Assembly (NCBI GenBank): GCA_963791045.1
Contig: CAWBQK010000004.1
Coordinates: forward strand, 1-64,000
Origin: Candidatus Latescibacterota bacterium
GTDB lineage: Bacteria; Krumholzibacteriota; Krumholzibacteriia; WVZY01
DNA length: 64,000 nucleotides
Reading direction: 5' to 3'
The notes under the pieces were generated by a model. That model was not told where the DNA came from. It searched no databases and saw nothing but the letters and a program-made list of their open reading frames with translations. Both the position numbers and the translations under genes were made by a program. Shown piece after piece: positions 1 to 9,745 of this stretch. How positions within the stretch are numbered: the stretch's first letter is position 1; every line of letters starts with the position of its first letter.

Positions 1-2
1 TG

Positions 3-1043
3 ATCGAAGACCGTCATCCCGGCATCATCAAACTCTACGTCGTTCACTTTGGAAGCGACGGCGCGACCGCCTGCCAGTTCCGCGCGCCAAAGCCGTGGTG
101 TTTCGATGCGGAGTTCCTCGGCGACACGAACGTCTTCCCCTGCACGATCGGCAACTCGCAGGACTTTGTCGCCATCGGTTACGGCCAGTGCCTTTCAGGC
201 CCGATACACGTGCTTACCATGAATTTCTACGGCCGGGGGCTTTCAGAACCCTCTTGCGAGTATCCGATCCGGCCCTGGAGCGGCTGGTACTTCCCGTGGC
301 AGAAAGCGATAGGCGAGGTGCAGATGGTTGACTGTAACCTGAACCTCCTCGATCTCGACCATCAGTCGGCGATGATCAACCCGCCCGCCGACATGTGCCC
401 GGAGCCGGAACTTGCCCTGGTCGACTTCAAAACGACTTCGTGGTCGGATCCGCTCTGGAAAGTCGCCATCCGTCTCAAGAACACGGGCGACGCGATCTGC
501 CAGGACGCGGAGCTCACGGTTTACGGCGGCCCCTCGTGGCTCGAGATTCCCGACCCGACGTGTTCCTATGGGGATCTCCCCGGGGGCGCCGCCTCCTGGG
601 GCGATGAGGACGGCATCCTCATCGACCTTACCCAATGGGGCGGCAAGGCCTTGAGAGTCAAATACGACGTCACCTACAAGGACGTTTGCGGCCGAGTTCG
701 GACCGTGACGCTCGATCCTGATTTCGACCTGATAAAAACATCGGTCGGAGAGCCGAGCATCATGACCGCGTCGGGCATGGGGCAAAACTACCCGAATCCT
801 TTCAATCCAACGACCACGATTCCCATCACGCTGAGGGAGCCGGCGGGTGTCGAGCTATCCATCTTCGACTCGCAGGGCAAACTGGTTCGTCGGCTCGTCG
901 ACGGCCAGCTCCCCGCCGGCGAACGGCGCGTGATATGGGACGGCCGTGATGCGGTCGGGAATCCTGTGAGTACTGGCGTGTATTTCTGCAAGCTCAAGAT
1001 GAATTCGGAGACGCAGACGCGGAAGTTGATGCTTTTGAAATGA
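3..1043 (+). CDS. Secreted protein (5'-truncated by window): Cys-rich domain + Ig-like domain + C-terminal FlgD-Ig/T9SS-like domain
   Basis: Frame of ORF 210..1043 is open back to nt 3 (IEDRHPGIIKLYVVH...ATACQFRAP...IGNSQDFVAIGYGQCLSGPIHVLTMNF). C-terminus QNYPNPFNPTT...VRRLVDG...WDGRDAVGNPVSTGVYFCKL...RKLMLLK is a FlgD-Ig tail. Confidence 0.8.
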   Translation: MEDRHPGIIKLYVVHFGSDGATACQFRAPKPWCFDAEFLGDTNVFPCTIGNSQDFVAIGYGQCLSGPIHVLTMNFYGRGLSEPSCEYPIRPWSGWYFPWQKAIGEVQMVDCNLNLLDLDHQSAMINPPADMCPEPELALVDFKTTSWSDPLWKVAIRLKNTGDAICQDAELTVYGGPSWLEIPDPTCSYGDLPGGAASWGDEDGILIDLTQWGGKALRVKYDVTYKDVCGRVRTVTLDPDFDLIKTSVGEPSIMTASGMGQNYPNPFNPTTTIPITLREPAGVELSIFDSQGKLVRRLVDGQLPAGERRVIWDGRDAVGNPVSTGVYFCKLKMNSETQTRKLMLLK

Positions 1044-1147
1044 TCGCGTGTCGGATGCGCGAAAAGGCAAATGGTGATCCGGCACAGGAACTTGAAGAAA
1101 ACCGCCGCACGCTCATTGAGGTCACCGATTGAATCGGGACTAAGGCA

Positions 1148-1178
1148 AGGGGTTGCGCCCTCATGCGGCGCAACCCCT
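1148..1178. terminator. Stem-loop between convergent genes (probable terminator)
   Basis: Perfect 12-bp inverted repeat aggggttgcgcc / ggcgcaacccct; no strong U-tract. Confidence 0.5.
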
Positions 1179-1219
1179 CCACGACCTATCGATTTCCATC
1201 CAGTATCGAAACGTGCCCA

Positions 1220-3368
1220 TTATTCGGGATCGCTTGTTTCGTCCTGATTCAGCCATTCCTCCCTCTTATCTTCCCAGTTACGGTCAGAAATGATCTTGTC
1301 ATCGCTAATGATCATATCCAACTCTCTCTTCGTATACAGTGATATCCGGTCAAAATGTTGATCGTATAGATCTTTATCCCTCAACAAGTCATCTCGACGT
1401 TTGTAGGACTCAGCCACAACAACTGTTAAACATTTCGCACCTTTGCGCTCAATTTTATGAGAAAGTTTCTTTAACTTCTTCTCCAATCCTCGCGGATGAA
1501 CAACTCGGCATTCATCGTCAAAGCATTCCGCACCGAGAATTATCAAAACTCTGTCATTCGGTTCCAAGAGTTCAACCAATATTTTGGGTGCCCCGCTTGC
1601 CCGATCACGGAACCGCTTTTTCACCTGGTCACGGCTCAACTCATGTTCCATCAGTATCGTCTCAAAACGATCATGATCACCAGTATTCAACAAAAACAAA
1701 TTGGGCATCTTTGTCCCGTTACCCTTTTTGGCTTCCGTTTTCTTATTAGCTTGTTCGTGATTCCGCTTATCACCGACTTCCGTTAGGCCATTCTTCAGCA
1801 CTTCCCGGACCGTCTTACTATATCCGTGAGTAACGATAAAAGCCTCTCGCTTTGGGGCACTGCTCATGATTTCGCCACAAACTTCCTCAAATTTCTTTGT
1901 AACTCCCCTCCGTCCGTGTCCAACAAGCACGCCAACGTACCAAGACAAATTCCGCAGAGCGAAAAGCCCAATAGATGCCGCATCCTTGATATCATCAACT
2001 TGTTTCTTGTCAGTCCAATTTGCCTTATTGCCAATAACAAGAATCGACAGATCTCGATCTCCTCTATTCTTGTTTTTCGCGGTATGTCCCTCTTTACCTC
2101 TTTCTACGCGTTTGTCTTCGAAATGCTTCCGCATGCGTTTAAGTATATCCATTTGTGTGTCCAATATCTCATTGACCGACACGCCCAAATCGCTTTGTTT
2201 TGAAACCTCAAGTTCCGCGACAGATACTTTTTCATCAGAAACGTTCTCTCCAAGTGTTTTACAGAGCTTTATTAACATAGAATTGAGATCGAATCCCGGG
2301 TGCGCCCGTTGTTTTCTTGTAGAAAAACAACAACTCCTCTTCACAATTCGTGAGAATTGAGCGCGACCTATCTCTTGGCCATCTATTCCACCATCGCTCC
2401 AACGTGTTTGCGTACCTTTCTGCGATCTCTTCCAGGGCACGAGCATAGATTTTCAAGGATGTTGAGGTGGAATCTGTCGACGACAAAGCATGAATATGCT
2501 CTGAGAGCCAGCCTTTCTGTATAAGCGCGTTTTGCGTCTCCACAATATTATCTGCCTCGTCCTTTATCATGGAGTTCTGTCCAATGAGACGAAGGAACCG
2601 AACAACGTTGGTCTCGTTAAGCTTTTTGTACGTGGAGGACATCTCCTCATAATTTCGGAGATATTTCGCCATCAATTTGGAACTAAGGTCTGGACTGTAT
2701 TGCACAAGATGATCGCAGAGACGAAACACTGGTATAGCAAGTTCATCCGCCGCCTTGTATTTCATCGCCTTAATTCTTTTCAATTTGGTGTTCTGCCTAA
2801 CTCGATCACTTCTAAGACATTCGATCACTTTTTGATTCGCAGGCGCATGCTTTTCGAAAAAATTCATGAAATCTTTCGCAAGTTCAGCACGCGCTTCGTT
2901 GGGTTTTAGTTTTTTCGCCCCTTTCTCTTTGCTCTCGGGGTCTATATTCTCTCGGTATTTTTTCTCTTTGTTTTTCAAATCATTTTCATACTTGACCAAT
3001 GAGCCCATCGCACAGATATCCGCCCATTCTCGGCAACTATCTCTAATGTGATATGCCAGCGTGCATATGGCCTCTTTATCCGACCGCCCAGCGATGAGAA
3101 CTTCGGCATAGGTATCGGGTGGCATTGTTTTCAACGACAGCTGGGCTCCCAATATGAAGCTAACAACCCCCATCAATATGAGCACAAAAACGCTCAATAA
3201 CAGGAACACCCAATTCGCCTCACCAATCGTCTCCTTGATGTCAAACGTCACGAAGATCGAAAACAATCCAAAAAACAAGGCCAACGCGGGTCCCGGAGAT
3301 TTCGTAAACGCAGCGTAGTATTTTCTGAACCCTGTTTTGAAGTTGTATATACGAGCGCCGTTAAACAT
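1220..3368 (-). CDS. Membrane-anchored protein with C-terminal eIF-2B alpha/beta/delta-like (IF-2B/MtnA-fold) domain; probably one ~715-aa gene split by a frameshift near 2315
   Basis: ORF 2259..3368 has two N-terminal hydrophobic helices. Overlapping ORF 1220..2446 has IVTHGYSKTV, ILGAECFD...VVHPRG, VVVAESYK and D..ISD, matching the IF-2B motifs (THGYSxTV, GAD, VxAESYK). Removing one A joins the frames as FYKKQRAHPG. Visibly AT- and Lys-rich compared with flanks. Confidence 0.6.
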
Positions 3369-3553
3369 TTAGAGCTCTCCACCTTTCGATGACACGGAAG
3401 CACTCGAGGTGGCTCGCGTCACGTTTGCAAAGAGTATGTATTGCGTTTTGGCCGAGTGGATGGTGCGGGGCATAAGATGCAGCAACTAAATGAATTGTAA
3501 AGGATTTGAATCAAACCCTCCAGCCCAAATATTCAGAATGAGTCCTGGGAAAT

Positions 3554-4305
3554 CTAGAACGTCACCCCCACCACGAGATAAACTTCCTCCACGTGCGGGT
3601 TGATGATAAGCGATCCCGTCACAGGCAGCGAAAACGTCTCGGTAACCCCGATCTCCTTCGCCGCCGTCAAGCCGACATTGGTCACATTCGCGTGCTCGGT
3701 GCTGTAGTAATCAGGGTTCCTGCCGCTCCCGCCCGCCATCCCGAGAAAGACATTGAGATCAACGTCACCCGCCGAGAACGGATAGTCGAGCTGAAAATAC
3801 GTGTTGTTTCCCCGATCGTTGTGGACGTTTACATATCCCGACAACGCCAGCGGGAAGGACTCGGATATGGTCACCGACAGACCGAACTCGATAGTATGGG
3901 CGCCCTTAACGGATTTCCTTCTTCGTCGACCCCATCGTCTCCGCCAAAGTCGAAGAACTTCTCACCGCCATTGGGAAGGTAATAGTCGATCACAACAGCC
4001 CCAATGGCCGTGCCGTTATCAAACACATATTCGTACCCGAGCCAGAAATCAATTTCATCATTCTCGTTGGCCTCGGTGGATACGCTGTATGCGCCCCACG
4101 CGCCCAGTTCGAACCCGTACCACCCGGCCGTGATTGATGGCTGGATTGACGGGTTCTCACCGATATTGACACCACGCCAGACATACCGGCTGTAGAAATC
4201 GACACCAACATTGACGTCGACCGGATCCGCCGCTTCCGCTGTTCCGACAGCCGCCATGATGAGGACGGTCAACAATAGGGTCACGTATGCAGATTTCCTT
4301 AACAT
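3554..4305 (-). CDS. Outer-membrane beta-barrel protein (TorF/TIGR02001-like putative porin), frameshifted near 3900
   Basis: ATG 4305 with GGAGAG RBS and signal peptide. Motif DFYSRYVWRG...PSIQPSI...ELGAWG...EIDFWLGY. Continues in ORF 3554..3874 and ends in terminal Phe (VVGVTF). Confidence 0.7.
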
Positions 4306-4498
4306 AAGAGTTCTCTCCACTTGCGGTTGAAAATCGAACACCGAACATGCCTACCGAACAATCGGATTCTACGAAGACACGAAGCCCAACGACAAACATT
4401 ATTCTTTGTCGACCTTTGAACGCCGTTGGCTGATTTCCAGAAAACGTGATATATTCCTGTCAAATCCCCTCGTATTCAACACCCCTTGAAGGACCATC

Positions 4499-5014
4499 AT
4501 GAACCATCGTACCAATCGATTCGCCCGAATCGGCGTTGGCACCGTACTTCTGGTCATCATGCCCCTCATCGGTCAATCCACCGCGCCCCTGCCACTGCCT
4601 TACCTCCAGTTCACGGTGACCGGCGAAGTTCACCGCGAAGATGGCGGGTCGCCCGAGAATTTCCCGGTGGTGCTGGTGCAACTTACGGACTATGCCCTCG
4701 ACGGGTATCATATCCTTCGGAATTCGACGGGCGCCGGGCGCGACGTCGCACTGACCGACTCCAATGGTGGGTTTCTGCTGAGCCTGAAGACCCACCTGGA
4801 ACGCACTGATACTATTGCAGTTGCTGTAGCACTACCCGAGGGCGAGATTTACTTCGGTGAGCCCATATACGTCGACAGCCTCACGTTTGGCACGCACACC
4901 AACTCGTACAAGATCGAGAGCAGTGGATACTGCAAGTCCGACGACATCGTGGAGTACACCGAAGGGTACCTTTACTCGATTAACGAGCAATCAGTGACGA
5001 TTCCACAGAATTGA
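4499..5014 (+). CDS. Secreted hypothetical protein (171 aa), paralogue of 16409..16924
   Basis: Signal-like N-terminus, GAAGGA RBS. Shares QFT.TG.V.REDGGS and YFGEPIYVDSLTFGT.TNSYKIESSGYCKS with 16409..16924. Confidence 0.75.
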   Translation: MNHRTNRFARIGVGTVLLVIMPLIGQSTAPLPLPYLQFTVTGEVHREDGGSPENFPVVLVQLTDYALDGYHILRNSTGAGRDVALTDSNGGFLLSLKTHLERTDTIAVAVALPEGEIYFGEPIYVDSLTFGTHTNSYKIESSGYCKSDDIVEYTEGYLYSINEQSVTIPQN

Positions 5015-5076
5015 CAATGTTCAATCAATAACGTGTCGATCTGGTCTTGTTGAAGTAAATCCCCGGCAGTGAACGC

Positions 5077-5118
5077 AAAAACACCCCGCCCGATCGTTCG
5101 GGCGGAGTGTTTTCTTTT
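5077..5118. terminator. Bidirectional intrinsic terminator
   Basis: aaaaacaccccgcccg-atcgtt-cgggcggagtgttttctttt: GC stem flanked by A and T tracts. Confidence 0.7.
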
Positions 5119-5154
5119 GAGGCAACAGTCGCGGATCCCTTTTATGGCTATTTC

Positions 5155-5200
5155 TTGGAGCGTTCCTGGAATTCCCTCGCCCAGTTCTGCACGACGGTGA
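5155..5200. repeat. 46-bp direct repeat (copy 1): orphan 3' end of the Ser/Thr kinase gene
   Basis: ttggagcgttcctggaattccctcgcccagttctgcacgacggtga matches 17836..17881 with 2 mismatches. On the minus strand it reads TVVQNWAREFQERSKK* (stop at 5148). Confidence 0.85.
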
Positions 5201-5283
5201 GATCACGGGTGCAGCGGAGCGAGCTGAATCTTCGATGGTGGTTGATGGCAGCTCTGGATTTCACGGCCCCGGGAGAGGGAGTC

Positions 5284-5967
5284 CTATCGACGTCCCGTGG
5301 CGTCCGAATAGTATCGCGATATCCGCTCGACCCAACCGAGACCACGCATCTCGTCGGGGTCGTATTCCGGAGCGTTGCGAATCACGTCGCTTCCGATCGG
5401 CGTGTAGAGTTGATCGTCATTGGCGGTTCGCTCGACCCACTGGATCGGGATCAGCACCCGTTTCCCCGGCAGCCAGCTTCGCGTGCTGACGACGACACCC
5501 TGAACGTGCCAGTTGGACGTGCTGATGATGACGTCGGTGACCTTGCCGAATCTCCCGTCGCGCGTGGCCAATGGCTCGCCCAGAATATTCGACAACGTCC
5601 GATAATCGCCGCCTGGTTCGTCATATTCGCCTTCATCGGCCACGTCGCCCCGCCGGTCCGCGACGGCGATCGATCCACCGTTCGAGCCCTCCGCACCTTT
5701 CGATCCGGATCGGCGTTGCTCCGGTTCGAAGAACGGCACGAGGTCGTTCTCCAGCGCATCGACGACGAGACGGTCGGCGTCCACACGTTCGATGAGCTGC
5801 CGCGGCACGGCGCGGTCAAGCACGTTGAGCCACCTTCCCGTGCTCGCCACCACGACCTGGACCGTCCATACCACGGAGTCGAGAACCATATCCTTGACAC
5901 GGCCGACCTGGCCGTCACGGGCAACCACATTTTTTCCGATTGTCTTTTTTGCGCGTTCGAGAGTCAC
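5284..5967 (-). CDS. Tandem PRC-barrel domain protein
   Basis: Two repeats: IGKNVVARDGQVGRVKDMVLD...W.V..VV.STG.WL and LGEPLATRDGRFGKVTDVII....W.V..VVVSTRSWLPGKRVLIP. Confidence 0.8.
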   Translation of the reverse strand: MTLERAKKTIGKNVVARDGQVGRVKDMVLDSVVWTVQVVVASTGRWLNVLDRAVPRQLIERVDADRLVVDALENDLVPFFEPEQRRSGSKGAEGSNGGSIAVADRRGDVADEGEYDEPGGDYRTLSNILGEPLATRDGRFGKVTDVIISTSNWHVQGVVVSTRSWLPGKRVLIPIQWVERTANDDQLYTPIGSDVIRNAPEYDPDEMRGLGWVERISRYYSDATGRR

Positions 5968-6021
5968 CGTTGCACCTGTCCTCTTTTTGTTGTGTGTGCG
6001 ATGCGCAATAGAAATGATCCG

Positions 6022-6852
6022 CTAAACGTTTTCCCTGACGTAGTCCGTTACAAACTGATTCCACCCCTGGGGTCCGACACCCTCCGCCCGCACGAGCTCG
6101 GGTATCTCGACGTCTTCCCACTTGCCCTCTGACTTCTGGACGAGCACCGGAACATCAACGGCCCTGAAGAGCGCGAGGTCGTTGAAGCTGTCCCCAAGCC
6201 CGACGAGCCGGACATCGCCGTGTTCGCCGCGATATAACGCGCTCAGGAGCTCGACGGCAACGCCCTTGTCGTGCCGCCCGGAGATGGCATAGAACCGGCC
6301 GCCGCGGCTCAGCCGAAGCTCCCGCTTTGCCAGTTCGGTTTCGATCGTGTTCAGCTCGGCTTTGGAGTGCTTCGAAACAATGGTTTCCTGGTACTCGCGT
6401 CGCATTGCGCATTCGGCGGCGTCCGTGTCGAGTCCGGTGATGTCGGCGACCTCCTCGGGGGTCAGATCGCCGTACCCTTTGAGGTCGATCCCCGTCTTCT
6501 CCCGGACCTCGTCGATGCCGAGAAGAATCGCATCGTACGCAGTCCCCAGTTCAAATACGTAGAAATCCTCCACCTCGCGGTGAAAGGTGAAATCATAGCT
6601 GAAATACCCTTTCTCGATGAAAATCGCCCCGCCGTCCTCGACGATAAAGGGATCACGCAGTCCAAGCGACCGGCGGATTTCTATCTGCTCGGCACGTGTT
6701 TTGGAGCTGCAAAGAACAACCGGGACCTTTTTCTGCTGCGTCGCGTGGAGCGCCGCCCGCGCGTTCTGGAATGAGTACGTCTCGCGATCGAGAAGCGTCC
6801 CGTCGAGATCGGTCACGATGACTGATTGATATGTTCCAGTATCGGGTTTCAT
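6022..6852 (-). CDS. mpgP: Mannosyl-3-phosphoglycerate phosphatase (HAD IIB)
   Basis: DLDGTLLD, CSSKTRAE, PFIVEDGG, GGRF, DKG.AV and GLGDSFND motifs; same operon as mpgS. Confidence 0.9.
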   Translation of the reverse strand: MKPDTGTYQSVIVTDLDGTLLDRETYSFQNARAALHATQQKKVPVVLCSSKTRAEQIEIRRSLGLRDPFIVEDGGAIFIEKGYFSYDFTFHREVEDFYVFELGTAYDAILLGIDEVREKTGIDLKGYGDLTPEEVADITGLDTDAAECAMRREYQETIVSKHSKAELNTIETELAKRELRLSRGGRFYAISGRHDKGVAVELLSALYRGEHGDVRLVGLGDSFNDLALFRAVDVPVLVQKSEGKWEDVEIPELVRAEGVGPQGWNQFVTDYVRENV

Positions 6853-6858
6853 TTGAAA

Positions 6859-8490
6859 TCACCCCATTTGTTGCACGAAATACGCAACGAACACGATAAG
6901 AGCGGTATAGGCGACGAGCGACAGTTGCGACGGTCGAAACCGATCGACGGCGCCAAAATCGGGTCTGGCCAACGGCCCGCGGATGCCAAGGCCGACGGCC
7001 ACCATAACGGCGTGGGCGGCCAGCGCTCCGGCAACGGTCACTGCGAAACCCGCTACGTTCCACCAGAGCCACGACACGTCCGTCAAGCGCCACAGAGCAA
7101 GATTAGCGATGATACCGTTGACCACCCCGAACCTTATTTCACCCCCGGTGATCAGGCGCATCCCGATCCCCACGAGGAACGCGGCGAGAATCGGCCCGTA
7201 GAGAAGGCTTCCGACCGCGTTGATAAGCACGATGGTGGTCTGACGCCCCGCTTCCCCGACGTTCGCAAACGAAAGCGCCGCCGCGATCACGAAAACGCCC
7301 CAGAAAACGGTCAATATTTTGGAGACCACCATGTAGTGGCCGTCGTCCGCGCCGGGTCTGACGTACCGCCGGTAAAAATCTTCCATCGTTGCGGCGGAGA
7401 GCGAGTTGATCGCCGAATCGAGGCTCGACATCAACGCCGACAGAATCGCGACAAAAACGAACCCGACGATCCCCGCGGGCAGGAACGCGAGGATGAACAT
7501 CGGGACCATTCGATCGGGGTTCGCCGCGAGGGCCGCCCTCACGCCGTCGACCGGCATCCCCAACCGTGTCGCGATATGGGCGGCATGTTCGGGCGCGGCA
7601 AACACCGCTCCGACAAAAACACCCATAAGACAGTATAAAAGAACGACTGGGAACCGGCCGAATGCGTTCAGGTAGAGCGACTTCTTGACCTCGGGCAGCG
7701 ACCCGACGGAAAGCTCTCGCTGTACTTGACTTTGGTCACACCCGTAGTAAGACGCGTAAAGGAATATCCCACCGATCGTCATTGGCCAGAACCCATATCC
7801 TCCATTACCAGTGAATCCCCACTGGCTAAAATCGATAATTCGGAGTCTCTCGGGCCCCATGACTTCGAACGCACCCGACCACCCAACCAGGTTGAGCGCC
7901 GTCGCCCCGCAGATGATGATTCCGATCATAATAATGAGCATCTGAACCACATCGCTCACGAGAACGACGCGCATGCCACCGAGCGCGTCGTACAGTATCG
8001 TAACCGCCCCGATAATGAGGATCGCCGAATTGGTCGACAGCGGTGTCGCCGTCGACAAAATCAACCCACCGGCGAGAACCGATACGGCGGTGGCGAGCGC
8101 GCGCCCCAATTGGAAAAGCAGACTCACAAGCGACCGGGTATCCGAGTCGAAGCGGTCTTCGAGATACTCGTATATGCTGATGTAATTGCCGCGGTGGAGT
8201 TTCGGGATGATCCACACCACGACGATGAATATCCCGATGGGGACGCCGAACTCGTAACAGAGCCACTTGAGCCCGCCGTCGGGTTTCAAAGCGACAAACG
8301 CGGGCGCCGACACAAAGCTGATCGCCCCGAGCTGCGTCGCCATGGTCGACAACCCCGACTGCCACCACGGCACCCGCCTGCCGGCAAGGTAATAGTCCCG
8401 GAGGCTTCGCTGCCGCGTGCACTGGACGGCCCCGAAGCCGACGATACCCAGGAGATAGGCACCGATAACGATCCAGTCGAGGTGTGTCAT
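6859..8490 (-). CDS. Sodium:solute symporter (SSS/SLC5 family)
   Basis: Many TM helices; YYLAGR..PWW, SIYEYLE.RF, LGGM..V..SD..Q, DQSQVQR and A.MSSLDS.INSL motifs. Confidence 0.9.
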   Translation of the reverse strand: MTHLDWIVIGAYLLGIVGFGAVQCTRQRSLRDYYLAGRRVPWWQSGLSTMATQLGAISFVSAPAFVALKPDGGLKWLCYEFGVPIGIFIVVVWIIPKLHRGNYISIYEYLEDRFDSDTRSLVSLLFQLGRALATAVSVLAGGLILSTATPLSTNSAILIIGAVTILYDALGGMRVVLVSDVVQMLIIMIGIIICGATALNLVGWSGAFEVMGPERLRIIDFSQWGFTGNGGYGFWPMTIGGIFLYASYYGCDQSQVQRELSVGSLPEVKKSLYLNAFGRFPVVLLYCLMGVFVGAVFAAPEHAAHIATRLGMPVDGVRAALAANPDRMVPMFILAFLPAGIVGFVFVAILSALMSSLDSAINSLSAATMEDFYRRYVRPGADDGHYMVVSKILTVFWGVFVIAAALSFANVGEAGRQTTIVLINAVGSLLYGPILAAFLVGIGMRLITGGEIRFGVVNGIIANLALWRLTDVSWLWWNVAGFAVTVAGALAAHAVMVAVGLGIRGPLARPDFGAVDRFRPSQLSLVAYTALIVFVAYFVQQMG

Positions 8491-8512
8491 AAGTCAGCCA
8501 CCGACGCCGTCA

Positions 8513-9745
8513 TCAACCGACCCGCAGTTCTCTCCGGCTCTCGTCCGCCACGTCCTTTTTGAGAATGCGCCCAACACAGGTCGAGCCGATATCCTCGAGA
8601 AACTGATTCTCGTCGATCGTCGAGAGCGGCGGGAAATATCGCGGCTTCTCGAGCGTCTTCGCGTCGCGGGTGATGTATCCCTTCTTGATGCAATCCCGGC
8701 GAATCTCGGTTTTGAGCTCTTCGGGACAAAGAGGTGAATGGTAAATCACCTGCATCGCAAGGTATCGCATGCGGTCAATATGACTTTCGTCCCCCGCCTC
8801 ATGGAGGTGTGGGTTTCTGGATTCGACCTGATAGATCTCGATTCTTTCCTTCATGAGCTCAGGGAGAGGGCTCTCGACAACGCCCCCGAACTTCTCGAGG
8901 ATGTTGACGATATGGAACGGTTCGATCGAGTACCCCGACGAGTAGTCGAGGCTCATCGCGAGCTCCATCGACATTGCGTGCTCCCCGGCGTTTCCCGTTC
9001 GGATGATCTCGGTCTCGAATCCCGTGTAGTGCCCCATGAGCTTGTTGAGAAGCCGGTTGGTGTTGGCCGTCGACCGTCCCCACTTGCGGAAGAAGATCTT
9101 GGACTCGACGATCTTCGGCTTGCTCTGCCAGGCGATCCGGACCATGCTGTAATCCGACTCGGCGATCGAAAACCCGGCCGCGTATTCGCGGACGTATTCC
9201 TCCACCGCACCCGGGAAATAATTGTCCGCATCGACAAACCCGATGTACTTTTTGCCCGCGAGCTTCGCGAGCATCGTCGCCATGAGCATCCCTTCGGCCT
9301 TGCCGTTGTGGATGACGCCCTTCTTGTTGAGGATCGCGTCGTACCCTGCGTTTTTGAACGCCTTGGCGAACGCGGGATCCTTTTGGTGGACGATGAGCGC
9401 GCTCTTGCCGACAAACTGGCAAAAGTCGCTCAGGGCGTCGACCTCCATGCTGAACCGGTCCACGGGACTGACTGGGCTGTTCGAAACCACGATCGTCAAG
9501 CACTGGTGGGGCACCCCGCAGAGGACGCCCTCGATAAGCTTCAAACGCTCGCTCTTGACTGGAATAACGATCGCCATGTCACGGTAGATCTTGTTGAGCT
9601 CCCGGTACGGCACCGCCTGAATCGCGTGGGTTGCCTGCGGCATCACCGTTTCGTTTCCCCCGCAATCGAGCTCGAACACTTTTTGTAGATCACCAAATCG
9701 AATCGCTCCGAACCTTTCGACGTTTTTTGGCAGTTCCAAACGCAT
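8513..9745 (-). CDS. mpgS: Mannosyl-3-phosphoglycerate synthase (GT55)
   Basis: Real start MRLELPKNVERFG at 9745 (TAATG overlap with upstream stop). Motifs GKAEGM, GFVDADNYFPGAV, MVRI.W..KPK, GNAGEHAM, IEP and RNPHLHE. Confidence 0.93.
   Translation of the reverse strand: MRLELPKNVERFGAIRFGDLQKVFELDCGGNETVMPQATHAIQAVPYRELNKIYRDMAIVIPVKSERLKLIEGVLCGVPHQCLTIVVSNSPVSPVDRFSMEVDALSDFCQFVGKSALIVHQKDPAFAKAFKNAGYDAILNKKGVIHNGKAEGMLMATMLAKLAGKKYIGFVDADNYFPGAVEEYVREYAAGFSIAESDYSMVRIAWQSKPKIVESKIFFRKWGRSTANTNRLLNKLMGHYTGFETEIIRTGNAGEHAMSMELAMSLDYSSGYSIEPFHIVNILEKFGGVVESPLPELMKERIEIYQVESRNPHLHEAGDESHIDRMRYLAMQVIYHSPLCPEELKTEIRRDCIKKGYITRDAKTLEKPRYFPPLSTIDENQFLEDIGSTCVGRILKKDVADESRRELRVG

Noticed and set aside
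5148-5345. 65-aa ORF as a real gene
   Set aside because: Only its last ~16 codons are meaningful (duplicated kinase tail); the remainder overlaps the PRC-barrel gene end and spacer.
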